Shown here piece by piece: positions 22,384-31,874 of a stretch of DNA of 64,000 nucleotides. Below the pieces are notes generated by a model, which saw only the letters and a program-made list of their open reading frames with translations, had not been told where the DNA came from and searched no databases. How positions within the stretch are numbered: the first letter of the stretch is position 1; each line of letters opens with the position of its first letter. The translations under genes were made by a program, and so were the position numbers. The DNA is from a virus. The stretch covers positions 1 through 64,000 of IMG/VR virus record IMGVR_UViG_3300047564_003078; one strand, written 5' to 3'.

Positions 22384-22508
22384 GGTAAACAAAACCATTG
22401 AATTATAAGCAAAAAAACGATTGACAAGATAAATACATTTGTGTAGTATGTAAGAGTGCTGCACATATTAGGCACAAAGCACATAGGCAATATATAGGAG
22501 GCATAACT

Positions 22509-23519
22509 ATGGCATCATTAGCAGAAATTAGAGCAAAGCTCAAAGAACAAGAAACACGTTCAACAGGTGGTTCTACAGGCGGCGGCGACAACGCAATTTA
22601 CCCATTTTGGAATATGAAAGAAGGCGATACAGCAACGATTCGCTTCTTGCCCGATGGCGACTCGTCAAACACTTTCTTTTGGAGAGAACGTTTGATGATT
22701 AAACTTCCTTTTGCTGGAGTAAAGGGTGAAACCGATAGTCGTCCAGTACAAGTGCAAGTTCCGTGCATGGAAATGTATGGAGAAAGCTGCCCTATTCTAG
22801 CAGACGTCCGCGGATGGTTTAAAGATCCTACTCTTGAAGATATGGGTAAAAAGTATTGGAAAAAGCGTAGCTATATTTTCCAAGGATTTGTGACAGACAA
22901 TCCGCTCAATGACGATACTAAACCAGAAAATCCAATTCGTAGATTTATCATTGGTCCTCAAATTTTCCAACTGATCAAAGCAGCACTTATGGATCCTGAT
23001 ATGGAAGAACTTCCTACTGATTATACAGCAGGTGTTGATTTCCGTCTTAGCAAAGGTTCTAAAGGTGGTTATGCAGACTACGGTGCTAGTAACTGGGCAC
23101 GTAGAGAGCGTCCGCTAAGTGATGCAGAAATGAAAGCAATCAATGATAACGGATTGTTTAGTCTTAATGATTTCCTTCCTAAAAAGCCCACTGACGTAGA
23201 ACTTAAAGTTCTTACTGAGATGTTTGAAGCTAGCGTCGACGGTGAAGCATATGATCCAGATCGCTGGAGCAATTACTTCCGTCCTGCAGGTATGGCAGCA
23301 CGTACAGGCGATCCAAATGTAGCAGCAAGTCCTCGTGCTACTGCTACAAGCCAAAGTGCTCCGTCGTATGAAGAGGATGACGACATTCCTTTTAAGTCAA
23401 CTGAGGAGGTCAAACAGGCCGCTGCTCCTGCTCCTCAAAAAGCAGCTATGCCGGAAGCAGGCGGAAGCGGTGCAATGGATATCCTTGCAAAAATCCGAGC
23501 ACGTCAAAACAACGGTTAA
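22509..23519 (+). CDS. gp32: Single-stranded DNA-binding protein (T4 gp32-like)
   Basis: ATIRFLP, CPI, YWKKRSYI, GVDFRL.K...GGYADY..S; acidic DDDIPF. Confidence 0.9.
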   Translation: MASLAEIRAKLKEQETRSTGGSTGGGDNAIYPFWNMKEGDTATIRFLPDGDSSNTFFWRERLMIKLPFAGVKGETDSRPVQVQVPCMEMYGESCPILADVRGWFKDPTLEDMGKKYWKKRSYIFQGFVTDNPLNDDTKPENPIRRFIIGPQIFQLIKAALMDPDMEELPTDYTAGVDFRLSKGSKGGYADYGASNWARRERPLSDAEMKAINDNGLFSLNDFLPKKPTDVELKVLTEMFEASVDGEAYDPDRWSNYFRPAGMAARTGDPNVAASPRATATSQSAPSYEEDDDIPFKSTEEVKQAAAPAPQKAAMPEAGGSGAMDILAKIRARQNNG

Positions 23520-23528
23520 TCAAACAAT

Positions 23529-23559
23529 TCTACAGGCTTGAACAAATCAAGCCTGTAGA
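23529..23559 (+). terminator. 13-bp perfect hairpin after gp32
   Basis: tctacaggcttga-acaaa-tcaagcctgtaga. Confidence 0.6.
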
Positions 23560-23588
23560 CTTTAAGGCTTAATTTAGGAGAAATATAA

Positions 23589-23777
23589 ATGGCAAAACTA
23601 AACAAAATTAAAAAAGTAGACGACTCGTTTACTGTACACATGTATGACAATGGATACATGATCGAAGTGCCAGGACGTGACAAAAACGATGACTGGGCAA
23701 CTGCAAAAATTCTTTGTAATACTATGGACGATTTGATTACTGTAATCAAAGAAGTATCGGAAATGGAGCGTAGCTAA
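23589..23777 (+). CDS. Small hypothetical protein
   Basis: Strong AGGAG SD; coupled to uvsX. Confidence 0.65.
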   Translation: MAKLNKIKKVDDSFTVHMYDNGYMIEVPGRDKNDDWATAKILCNTMDDLITVIKEVSEMERS

Positions 23778-24868
23778 TGGCATCCAAATCTTTTGATCCA
23801 AGTAAGTTTAGAAACAGTCTAACTAAATCTATTAAAGGTATGAGTGCAGGGTTTCACGATCCTACTGATTGGATCAGCACAGGTAACTATGCTCTTAATT
23901 ACTTGCTCAGCGGAGATTTCCGCAAAGGTATTCCACTGGGCAAAGTAAGTGTATTTGCAGGCGAAAGTGGTGCAGGAAAGAGTTATATCGTATCAGGTAA
24001 CATTGTTAAACACGCTCAAGAGCAAGGCATCTTTGTTGTTCTTATTGACAGCGAAAATGCTCTTGACGAAAGTTGGCTACAAGCACTCGGTGTTGAAACC
24101 AGCGAAGACAAACTGCTAAAACTAAACATGGCTATGGTCGACGACGTTGCAAAAACAATTTCGACGTTCATGGATGATTACAGAGCAATGGATGAAAAAG
24201 ATCGTCCAAAGGTATTGTTTGTCATTGACAGCCTAGGTATGCTGATGACTCCTACTGAAGTCAATCAGTTTGATGCAGGTGACATGAAGGGTGATATGGG
24301 TCGTAAGGCCAAAGCACTTAAAGCACTGGTTACTAATTGTGTTAACATGTTTGGTGCTCACAATGTAGGTATGGTTGTTACTAACCACACTTATGCAAGT
24401 CAAGACATGTTTGATCCTGATGACAAGATTTCGGGTGGTTCGGGCTTTGTGTATGCAAGTTCAATGGTTGTAGCTATGAAAAAGCTAAAACTAAAAGAAG
24501 ACGAAGACGGCAACAAAACTTCAACTGTACAAGGTATTAGAGCAGCTTGTAAAGTTATGAAAACACGTTATGCTAAACCGTTTGAAAGCGTACAGGTTAA
24601 GATTCCATATGAAACTGGCATGGATCCTTACAGCGGATTGTTTGATCTGTTTGAAGCAAAAGGCCTGCTAGAAAAGCAAGGCAACCGCTACAAGTATATC
24701 AGCAGCGAAGGCAACGAAACACTAGAATATCGTAAAAATTGGACAGGTGAATTACTCGAAATGATCATAGACGATCTACCAGCAAAAGAAGCACAAATGG
24801 TAAATATCGACAACACAGACGAAGAAGCTGTGATTGATCATAACGAGGAGTTCCATGCTGATGAATGA
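23777..24868 (+). CDS. uvsX: RecA-like recombinase UvsX
   Basis: GESGAGKS, IDSENA, VIDSLG, TNHTY, SGGSG. Confidence 0.92.
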   Translation: MASKSFDPSKFRNSLTKSIKGMSAGFHDPTDWISTGNYALNYLLSGDFRKGIPLGKVSVFAGESGAGKSYIVSGNIVKHAQEQGIFVVLIDSENALDESWLQALGVETSEDKLLKLNMAMVDDVAKTISTFMDDYRAMDEKDRPKVLFVIDSLGMLMTPTEVNQFDAGDMKGDMGRKAKALKALVTNCVNMFGAHNVGMVVTNHTYASQDMFDPDDKISGGSGFVYASSMVVAMKKLKLKEDEDGNKTSTVQGIRAACKVMKTRYAKPFESVQVKIPYETGMDPYSGLFDLFEAKGLLEKQGNRYKYISSEGNETLEYRKNWTGELLEMIIDDLPAKEAQMVNIDNTDEEAVIDHNEEFHADE

Positions 24869-25082
24869 AGAACAGATTGCCGATATTTGGATGATGTTCA
24901 AGTCTTATCTTGATAAAAAAAATCTAGACATTGCAGCCGAAAAGTTTGTTGACTTGATGGCAGACTATGGTGTTGATGATTTAATTTTTAAAGAGTTATT
25001 AGGAACAGACAAACATTTAGATTTAGCAATTACCTACTATCTAGATTTAGATAGCGATGTTGATGAAGACGAGGATGATTAA
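24858..25082 (+). CDS. Small acidic hypothetical protein
   Basis: Between uvsX and uvsY; exact start uncertain. Confidence 0.5.
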   Translation: MMNEEQIADIWMMFKSYLDKKNLDIAAEKFVDLMADYGVDDLIFKELLGTDKHLDLAITYYLDLDSDVDEDEDD

Positions 25083-25537
25083 TGGGATGGTATAGTCGGG
25101 TTAGCCGAAATATCACAGAGATTCCAGCAGCAATACAACACTTTGAGGATGAACTAAATGTTGCTCGTAGTGAAGTAAAGATTAGCGGCAGTATTGAAAA
25201 AGCTGCCGCTAGTATGCCTGGTATTGTTGAACATAGATTCAACCAACTTCAAGAACTTGAAGCAATACTCGAATATCTCAATATTGAGTTAAGAAAACTT
25301 CGTAGTATTCATTTTAAAAAATATCTAGAAAACTATCAACGTGCATTAAGCAGTCGAGATGTTGAAAAATATGTTGACGGTGAACCAGATATTTGCGATT
25401 ACGAAAAAATTATCAACGAATTTGCATTGATTAGAAACAAGTGGCTAGGTGTTCTTAAAGCACTAGATCAAAAGCAATGGCAATTAACTAACATTGTAAA
25501 GTTGCGAGTTGCAGGAATGGAAGATGCAACCTTATAA
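25082..25537 (+). CDS. uvsY: Recombination mediator UvsY-like
   Basis: Helical, DVEKYVDGE and KQWQLTNIVKLRVAG; follows uvsX. Confidence 0.7.
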   Translation: MGWYSRVSRNITEIPAAIQHFEDELNVARSEVKISGSIEKAAASMPGIVEHRFNQLQELEAILEYLNIELRKLRSIHFKKYLENYQRALSSRDVEKYVDGEPDICDYEKIINEFALIRNKWLGVLKALDQKQWQLTNIVKLRVAGMEDATL

Positions 25538-26165
25538 TATTTTAATCGGATGTGATCAAAAATACTTTGACGATTGGGGCATTACTTTATTAGAAAGTTT
25601 AAAAAAATACGCTCCATTTATTTCTTTACATTGTCATATTGTAAATCCAACTAAAAATAATGTTTTAGAAGGTGTAAATATTACAAATGAATCAATTAAC
25701 TTTATTAGTAAAGAATCAAAAATTTCTTATTTGCAAGCAGTTAGATTTTTAGTTGTTGCTAACAACTTTTTGTTAGAAGAAAACGTTGTAGTTATTGATG
25801 CTGATACTATTTGTACAAAATTAATTACAGAAAAGGATTTTAAAAAACTTTTTAAAGAACAATATGTATTATCTCATAAAAAAGATAACAGATGGCTTGC
25901 AGGCTTTGTAACTTTTACAAATAATAATTTTAGATACGATTTTGCAAATTATCTCAAAAGAATACCAATAGAGGAATGGAAATGGGGACGGGATCAAGAA
26001 ATATTAAAAGAACTGTCCGTTCAATATAATTTTATACAGCTTCCTTTAGAATGGATGGCAATAGGAAAAAATAAAAAAAATAGTTATTTTTTAACTCTCA
26101 AGGGTGATCAAAAAGAAACAGATAAGTATCTTAAAGAATACAACAAATATAAGGTGCAAGAATGA
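25509..26165 (+). CDS. GT-A glycosyltransferase
   Basis: GCDQKY, VIDADT DxD, AGFV, WGRDQ. Confidence 0.65.
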   Translation: MQEWKMQPYNILIGCDQKYFDDWGITLLESLKKYAPFISLHCHIVNPTKNNVLEGVNITNESINFISKESKISYLQAVRFLVVANNFLLEENVVVIDADTICTKLITEKDFKKLFKEQYVLSHKKDNRWLAGFVTFTNNNFRYDFANYLKRIPIEEWKWGRDQEILKELSVQYNFIQLPLEWMAIGKNKKNSYFLTLKGDQKETDKYLKEYNKYKVQE

Positions 26166-26788
26166 AAAAAGTTTATAATTATTGGATGCCTGACACTGAT
26201 ACACATTTTGAAAGATTAATTACAAAACGTATTAGTCAAGGCGGTCCTGCCGAATATCAAGACCTTGTTAGAGAAGAGTCATACAAGTATGTAACTGATT
26301 TTGAAGTATGTATTGATGTAGGTGCAAACGTTGGACTATTTACTGTTCCGTTATCTAAGAAATTTAAAAAAATTATCGCATTTGAACCAGTCGATCAAGT
26401 ATACGAGTGTTTAGAAAGAAACACACAAGGCCTAAATGTAGAACTGTATAAATGTGCATTAGGAAATATCAATAGTACCGTTGACATCGAAATTAATAAT
26501 GAAAATACAGGTATGAGTTTTGTTAAAGATAATTCAATAGGCAACGGTAGTATTCAAATAAAACGGTTAGATGATTTAAATTTACCCAAGTTTGGCCTTC
26601 TTAAAATTGATTGCGAACGCTACGAATTAGAAGTACTAAAGGGCGGTATTGAAACTATTTTAAAATACAAACCTATCATTGTTGTTGAGCAACATTCTGA
26701 TACAGAGTATTGTGCAGGCACTTATTTAAAAAGCCAAGGTGCAAAAGAAATTACCAATGTCAGAAAAGACTACATATTTGGCTGGTAA
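26162..26788 (+). CDS. FkbM-family SAM methyltransferase
   Basis: IDVGANVG, AFEP, LKIDCERYE. Confidence 0.88.
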   Translation: MKKVYNYWMPDTDTHFERLITKRISQGGPAEYQDLVREESYKYVTDFEVCIDVGANVGLFTVPLSKKFKKIIAFEPVDQVYECLERNTQGLNVELYKCALGNINSTVDIEINNENTGMSFVKDNSIGNGSIQIKRLDDLNLPKFGLLKIDCERYELEVLKGGIETILKYKPIIVVEQHSDTEYCAGTYLKSQGAKEITNVRKDYIFGW

Positions 26789-26803
26789 CTATTAAATAAC
26801 TTT

Positions 26804-27577
26804 ATGAAAACAATAGTATTAGTTTCAGGCGGCTTTGACCCTTTACACAGCGGACATGTTTCTTATTTTGAAGAAGCTAAAAAATTAGGTGACGAACTAT
26901 GGGTTGGTGTAAATTCTGACGCATGGTTAGTTAGAAAAAAAGGCAGACCATTTATGCCTTTTGCAGAGAGAACAAACATTATTCGAAATCTTAGAATGGT
27001 TGATCAAGTTTTAGGTTTTGAAGATGATGAAATCGGCAGCAGTAATCATTGTATAGAAAAAATTCTTGAGTTAACAGGAATGGACACAAAGATAATTGTA
27101 GCCAATGGCGGCGACAGAAATCCAGGAAATATACCTGAAGTAATCAAATACGGAAATCATCCAAGGGTAGAATTTGCATGGAGCGTAGGCGGCGATGACA
27201 AAAAGAATTCTAGTAGTTGGATTCTAGAAGAATGGAAAAATCCAAAGACAGTGCGTAACTGGGGTTGGTATAGAGTGCTCGACGACAAGCCGGGCTATAA
27301 AGTAAAAGAACTAGTTATCGAACCTGGAAAGAGTCTTTCAATGCAAAGACATTTTTTAAGATCTGAACACTGGTATGTTCTTAAAGGCAAATGCGTTTTA
27401 GAAACAGAATACAATAATATCGGTCAAAAAATTACATTGTCAGAATTAAATTCGGGCTACATAATAGAAAATAAAGTATGGCACAAGGCCTATAATTGCA
27501 CAGATGAATTATGTCACATTTTAGAAGTGCAATACGGCGAAGAATGTGTGGAGAGTGATATTGAACGTAGAAGTTAA
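26804..27577 (+). CDS. Cytidylyltransferase fused to mannose-6-P-isomerase-like cupin
   Basis: GGFDPLHSGH HxGH, NGGDR, KKNSSS; C-terminal RNWGWY...SMQRH..RSEHW cupin. Confidence 0.85.
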   Translation: MKTIVLVSGGFDPLHSGHVSYFEEAKKLGDELWVGVNSDAWLVRKKGRPFMPFAERTNIIRNLRMVDQVLGFEDDEIGSSNHCIEKILELTGMDTKIIVANGGDRNPGNIPEVIKYGNHPRVEFAWSVGGDDKKNSSSWILEEWKNPKTVRNWGWYRVLDDKPGYKVKELVIEPGKSLSMQRHFLRSEHWYVLKGKCVLETEYNNIGQKITLSELNSGYIIENKVWHKAYNCTDELCHILEVQYGEECVESDIERRS

Positions 27578-28301
27578 TCCGTTAAGAGTTTACATAGGTT
27601 GGGACAGCAGAGAAGATATTGCATATCAAGTTGCTAAGTTAAGTATAGAAAATCTTGCAAGTGTTCCAGTTGAAGTTATTCCATTAAAGCAAAAGGTACT
27701 TAGAAAAGACGGATTGTATTGGAGAGATGTAGATGCTCTTGCTGCAACCGAATTTACCTTTACTAGATTTTTAATTCCAGAATTGAACAACTTTGACGGA
27801 TGGGCATTGTTTATCGATTGTGATTTTGTATTTCTTGACGATGTAAAAAATATATTTGATCAAGCCGACGACAAATACGCCATCATGTGTGCCCAGCACG
27901 ATTACACACCCGATGAGGGTGTTAAGATGGATGGACAGAAACAAACTCAATATCCAAGAAAAAATTGGTCAAGCATGATGCTTATAAACTGCGGGCATCC
28001 TAGTAATAAACAGGTTACAAAGGATTTTGTAAATGATCCTCATAAAACCGGTGCCTTTTTGCACAGATTTAGTTGGCTCGACAATGAAGAAATTGGAAAA
28101 CTAAGCCACGAATACAATTGGCTAGTAGGATGGTATAAAGAACCCAAAGACGGATCACCAAAAGCATTGCATTATACAGAAGGCGGCCCGTGGTTTAAAC
28201 AATACGAAAACTGCGAATATGCTAACGAATGGTATCGTGTTGAAAGACTATACTTAAGAAACGAATTAGAAGTTCAAAAAAAAAATTTACAAAAGAGCTA
28301 G
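27546..28301 (+). CDS. GT8-like glycosyltransferase; stops just after an A10 tract
   Basis: YIGWDSRE, TEFTFTRF, FIDCDF, YPRKNWSS, HYTEGGPW. Confidence 0.8.
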   Translation: MWRVILNVEVNPLRVYIGWDSREDIAYQVAKLSIENLASVPVEVIPLKQKVLRKDGLYWRDVDALAATEFTFTRFLIPELNNFDGWALFIDCDFVFLDDVKNIFDQADDKYAIMCAQHDYTPDEGVKMDGQKQTQYPRKNWSSMMLINCGHPSNKQVTKDFVNDPHKTGAFLHRFSWLDNEEIGKLSHEYNWLVGWYKEPKDGSPKALHYTEGGPWFKQYENCEYANEWYRVERLYLRNELEVQKKNLQKS

Positions 28302-28438
28302 ACAGACCCAAGTCGATTGACGATTTAACATTTACAAAAACTGTTAAGTCTATTTTAAAGTCATACTTAAATACGTTAATTGATCCTGAACATGAGATTT
28401 ATGACAACACAGAATTAAAAAAAGAGGTTGATACGTTT

Positions 28439-29251
28439 ATGGGAATAAAAGTTGCAGCAATTGCATCCGACGGATTTAACTACGAAGTCAAGGGATTGCA
28501 ATATGATCCTTATCTCCAATCATTTATATTGGGTTCGGGCGGACGTATATGTAATTTTGAATTAAAAAAAGGCACCGGCAACACCCTGGTAATTCGTGGA
28601 CTAGGCGGACGTGGCCAGAAAGCTATAAAATATTGTTTAGAAAATAAAATAGATTTTTATGCTGTTGATTCAGGATATATTCAACCTAATACAAAAAAAG
28701 ACTATCATCGTATTACTAAAAATGCATTACAAAACTTAGGACCTATAAAAGACAGAGATCTTGATAGACTAAGAAAGTTAAACTGGAAATACAAAAATAG
28801 AACTAGACAGACTGGTAGTAAAATTTTAATATGTCCGCCGTCTGACAAAGTAATGAAGTTTTATGAAAAAGATCTTGACGTTTGGTTAAAGGAAACTATT
28901 GATACAATTAAGACATATACTGATCGTCCAATTGAAGTTAGACTCAAACCTGATCGGTCTGAAAGAGTTACAACGAATACAATTTGGAATGCATTAGATG
29001 ATGCATATTGCTTGGTTACGTTTAACAGCATTGCAGCAACCGAAGCATTACTTTACAGTGTACCGGCTATAACACTAGCACCAAACGCTGCTTCTGTATT
29101 GTGTAATACCGAACTTAAACAGATCAATAGTTTATATTTGCCCACCAAAGAAGAAACTGTTAGATTTGCAGCACACTTGTCTTATTGTCAGTTTACTGCT
29201 ACCGAAATGCAAAACGGATTTGCATGGAGCATACTAAATGAAGATAGTTAG
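28439..29251 (+). CDS. KpsS/KpsC-like GT-B glycosyltransferase; frame open upstream to 28244
   Basis: ILICPP, EVRLKP, LVTFNSIAATEA, HLSYCQF. Confidence 0.6.
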   Translation: MGIKVAAIASDGFNYEVKGLQYDPYLQSFILGSGGRICNFELKKGTGNTLVIRGLGGRGQKAIKYCLENKIDFYAVDSGYIQPNTKKDYHRITKNALQNLGPIKDRDLDRLRKLNWKYKNRTRQTGSKILICPPSDKVMKFYEKDLDVWLKETIDTIKTYTDRPIEVRLKPDRSERVTTNTIWNALDDAYCLVTFNSIAATEALLYSVPAITLAPNAASVLCNTELKQINSLYLPTKEETVRFAAHLSYCQFTATEMQNGFAWSILNEDS

Positions 29252-30167
29252 TTATCTTAAAACTGTTCCAGCAAACAATACCAATCAGCAAAAAACAGAT
29301 CTTTTATTAAAATTTATCACCGGTGTTGTAAAAAACAGCGACGAAGGAATAATAGAAAATACCGGCAAAGTATTGTCTGCAGATGTAGGAGTTATACAAG
29401 GGTGGGTATATGATGATATCTCGTCTCCGCATTTAAAGTTAAGAAAACAAATAATCGATACTCAACTAAAAAACAAAAAATATGTAGTAGTTGCTGATGC
29501 AAATTTGTTTTTGTATTCAAACAAAATCAATCCTCACGGATATCTACGATATAGTTTCAACGGAGTTTTTCCTAATACAGGAATCTATTGCGACGATAAA
29601 GTAGATCCTGCTAGATGGCAACAAATATCTAGAGATTGTAAGATCAATATAGAAAACATAAAACCACACGGCAAGCATATACTTTTAATGTTACAAAGAA
29701 AAGGCGGCTGGAGTATGGGCGGCGTAGACACACAACAATGGGCGTTGGATACAATTAAAAAAATTAGAAAACATTCAAGCCGACCAATTTTAATTAGACC
29801 GCATCCTGGAGACAAACAGGCTAAAATCTATTTAGATCCTAGAAAAACCTTAATAAAAAACTTGCCAAATGTATCGATCAGTAATTTTAACAATTCTTTA
29901 GAAACCGATTTAGCAAATGCCTGGGCAGTGGTTAATCATAATAGCAGTGCAATTGTAGGACCTATTATCAAAGGATATCGTGGATTTATTACAGACCCAG
30001 TAAAAAGTCAATGTAAAGATGTTGCAAATACAGACTTTAGTAAAATAGAAAATCCAGATGATTTTGATAGACAACAATGGCTAGAAAGAATATCGATGTT
30101 TCATTGGAAGTTTAGTGAACTCGAAGACGGCTCAGCTTGGCGTCATATGAGAAATTATTGCCAGTAA
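29238..30167 (+). CDS. KpsS/KpsC-like GT-B glycosyltransferase
   Basis: LLMLQ, IRPHP, VVNHNSS, DRQQWL. Confidence 0.65.
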   Translation: MKIVSYLKTVPANNTNQQKTDLLLKFITGVVKNSDEGIIENTGKVLSADVGVIQGWVYDDISSPHLKLRKQIIDTQLKNKKYVVVADANLFLYSNKINPHGYLRYSFNGVFPNTGIYCDDKVDPARWQQISRDCKINIENIKPHGKHILLMLQRKGGWSMGGVDTQQWALDTIKKIRKHSSRPILIRPHPGDKQAKIYLDPRKTLIKNLPNVSISNFNNSLETDLANAWAVVNHNSSAIVGPIIKGYRGFITDPVKSQCKDVANTDFSKIENPDDFDRQQWLERISMFHWKFSELEDGSAWRHMRNYCQ

Positions 30168-30973
30168 CTTTCGTTGCGTTTTACGATTAAATCAGTTTGT
30201 TTGCTTTTACCAGTATTTTTTCTATCACCCTTTAAATGATCCAAATACCGACCAAGGTCACTGTTAATCAACGGATGCCCTTCTCCGTTTACTAAATCTT
30301 TACTAATATTAATGATTGCATCATTGGGATAGTTTGCGTATATTTTCTTACGTACTTCTTCAAACACAAAACTATCATGCCACTCATCCATGCGGAATAT
30401 TCCATATTCGGCATGTTCGTATACATGTTCAAATTCTTTTAAAAATTCTTGTCCGGTAGAGTGTTTTAGATTTATACCATAAAACCCACATTCTGGCCAT
30501 TTTTTACCTCTGCCTAAATAGCACAACCATGCTTTTTTACTCATATGTTTTTCAAATGCTTCTTGTGGCATATAGGAATGTACAAATGTATCTGCATCCA
30601 TCCAAAACAACCAATCTGCATCTGTGCGTTTTGCAGCATCAAATACTGCATAAACTTTATTAGCAAATCTTATTGCATCCCATTTAAATGTTTTATTCCA
30701 ATCTTTTCTTTTACGTTTAATATCGTCAGGTGGTATTCCATTTGCACGAGGATCGTTTTTCCAATACTCTTTGAATGCATTTAATTTTGGAAGATTTTCT
30801 TTTTGATCTAATATGGTAATTCTACTGTCATTTGTAGTAGGAACACAATCTTCTGCATATAGTAAAAGTTCTATTTTAGGATCAATATTTTTGCTAAAAC
30901 TATCAATAAACCGCTGACCATATAAGTCCAGCACCGGAGCATGAAATGTACTAACTACAGAAATTTTTGTCAC
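30155..30973 (-). CDS. GT-A glycosyltransferase
   Basis: DAIRFANKV, WMDAD, ECGF, WHDS, HLKG. Confidence 0.7.
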   Translation of the reverse strand: MTKISVVSTFHAPVLDLYGQRFIDSFSKNIDPKIELLLYAEDCVPTTNDSRITILDQKENLPKLNAFKEYWKNDPRANGIPPDDIKRKRKDWNKTFKWDAIRFANKVYAVFDAAKRTDADWLFWMDADTFVHSYMPQEAFEKHMSKKAWLCYLGRGKKWPECGFYGINLKHSTGQEFLKEFEHVYEHAEYGIFRMDEWHDSFVFEEVRKKIYANYPNDAIINISKDLVNGEGHPLINSDLGRYLDHLKGDRKNTGKSKQTDLIVKRNESYWQ

Positions 30974-31011
30974 TATAAAATCCTTATTAAATATACTTGG
31001 AGTATTTACTT

Positions 31012-31857
31012 ATGAAATTTAGTTTATTCAAAGAATATGGAGCATTAAACAGTAAACCTGTGTTTGAAGCATTCGAACATAGTTTACGTTCTGCAGGTCA
31101 TACTGTTGTCTACAATGATATGAATGCAGATGTTGCTGTTATATGGAGCGTGTTGTTTTATGGACGTATGGCCAAAAACAAAGACGTATGGAATAGTTTT
31201 CGTAAAAATAATCGTAATGTAGTTGTGTTAGAAGTCGGCGGTATCAAACGTGGAACAACATGGAAAGTAGGACTAAATGGAATTAACAGGGATGCTTATT
31301 TTGGGCCTGGTGGTATGGATGATCTACGCAGTCGCAAATTAGGACTAGAATTAAAACCATGGCGACAAGATGGTGAATGTATTTTAATTTGTGGACAACA
31401 CGATAAAAGTTTACAGTGGCAAGGCATGCCATCTATGAGCAAGTGGGTAATGGATACAATCGAAGCGTTGCAAATGCATTACAACTATCCTATTATATTT
31501 CGCCCGCACCCGAGATGCAGACTTCCAGACATTGAACGTCAATACAAGAATGTTTATAGGCAAGAACCAAAGCAGATATCAGGCACATACGACGACTTTG
31601 ATATGAACTTTGCTAATGTAAAATACACTGTAAGTTGGAGTAGTAATCCAGGGATACACAGTATCATCAATGGTGTACCTGCGTTTGTTAGTCCATATAG
31701 TTTAGCGTTTGATGTAGCATGTCCGCATTTGTTAATGGTAGACAATCCTCATTTGCCAGATAGGCAACAATGGCTCAACAACTATGCACACACTGAATGG
31801 ACAGTAGAAGAAATATCGCAAGGTATCCCTTTGAAAAACTTGACACAGAAACTTTAA
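31012..31857 (+). CDS. KpsS/KpsC-like GT-B glycosyltransferase (start re-set to ATG 31012)
   Basis: ICGQH, FRPHP, VSWSSN, DRQQWL; GGAG SD. Confidence 0.65.
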   Translation: MKFSLFKEYGALNSKPVFEAFEHSLRSAGHTVVYNDMNADVAVIWSVLFYGRMAKNKDVWNSFRKNNRNVVVLEVGGIKRGTTWKVGLNGINRDAYFGPGGMDDLRSRKLGLELKPWRQDGECILICGQHDKSLQWQGMPSMSKWVMDTIEALQMHYNYPIIFRPHPRCRLPDIERQYKNVYRQEPKQISGTYDDFDMNFANVKYTVSWSSNPGIHSIINGVPAFVSPYSLAFDVACPHLLMVDNPHLPDRQQWLNNYAHTEWTVEEISQGIPLKNLTQKL

Positions 31858-31874
31858 TATGCTAAATTTACTGT

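Noticed and set aside
28299-28330. TAG read-through or alternative genetic code
   Set aside because: In-frame TAA follows within 10 codons; conserved genes are intact under the standard code
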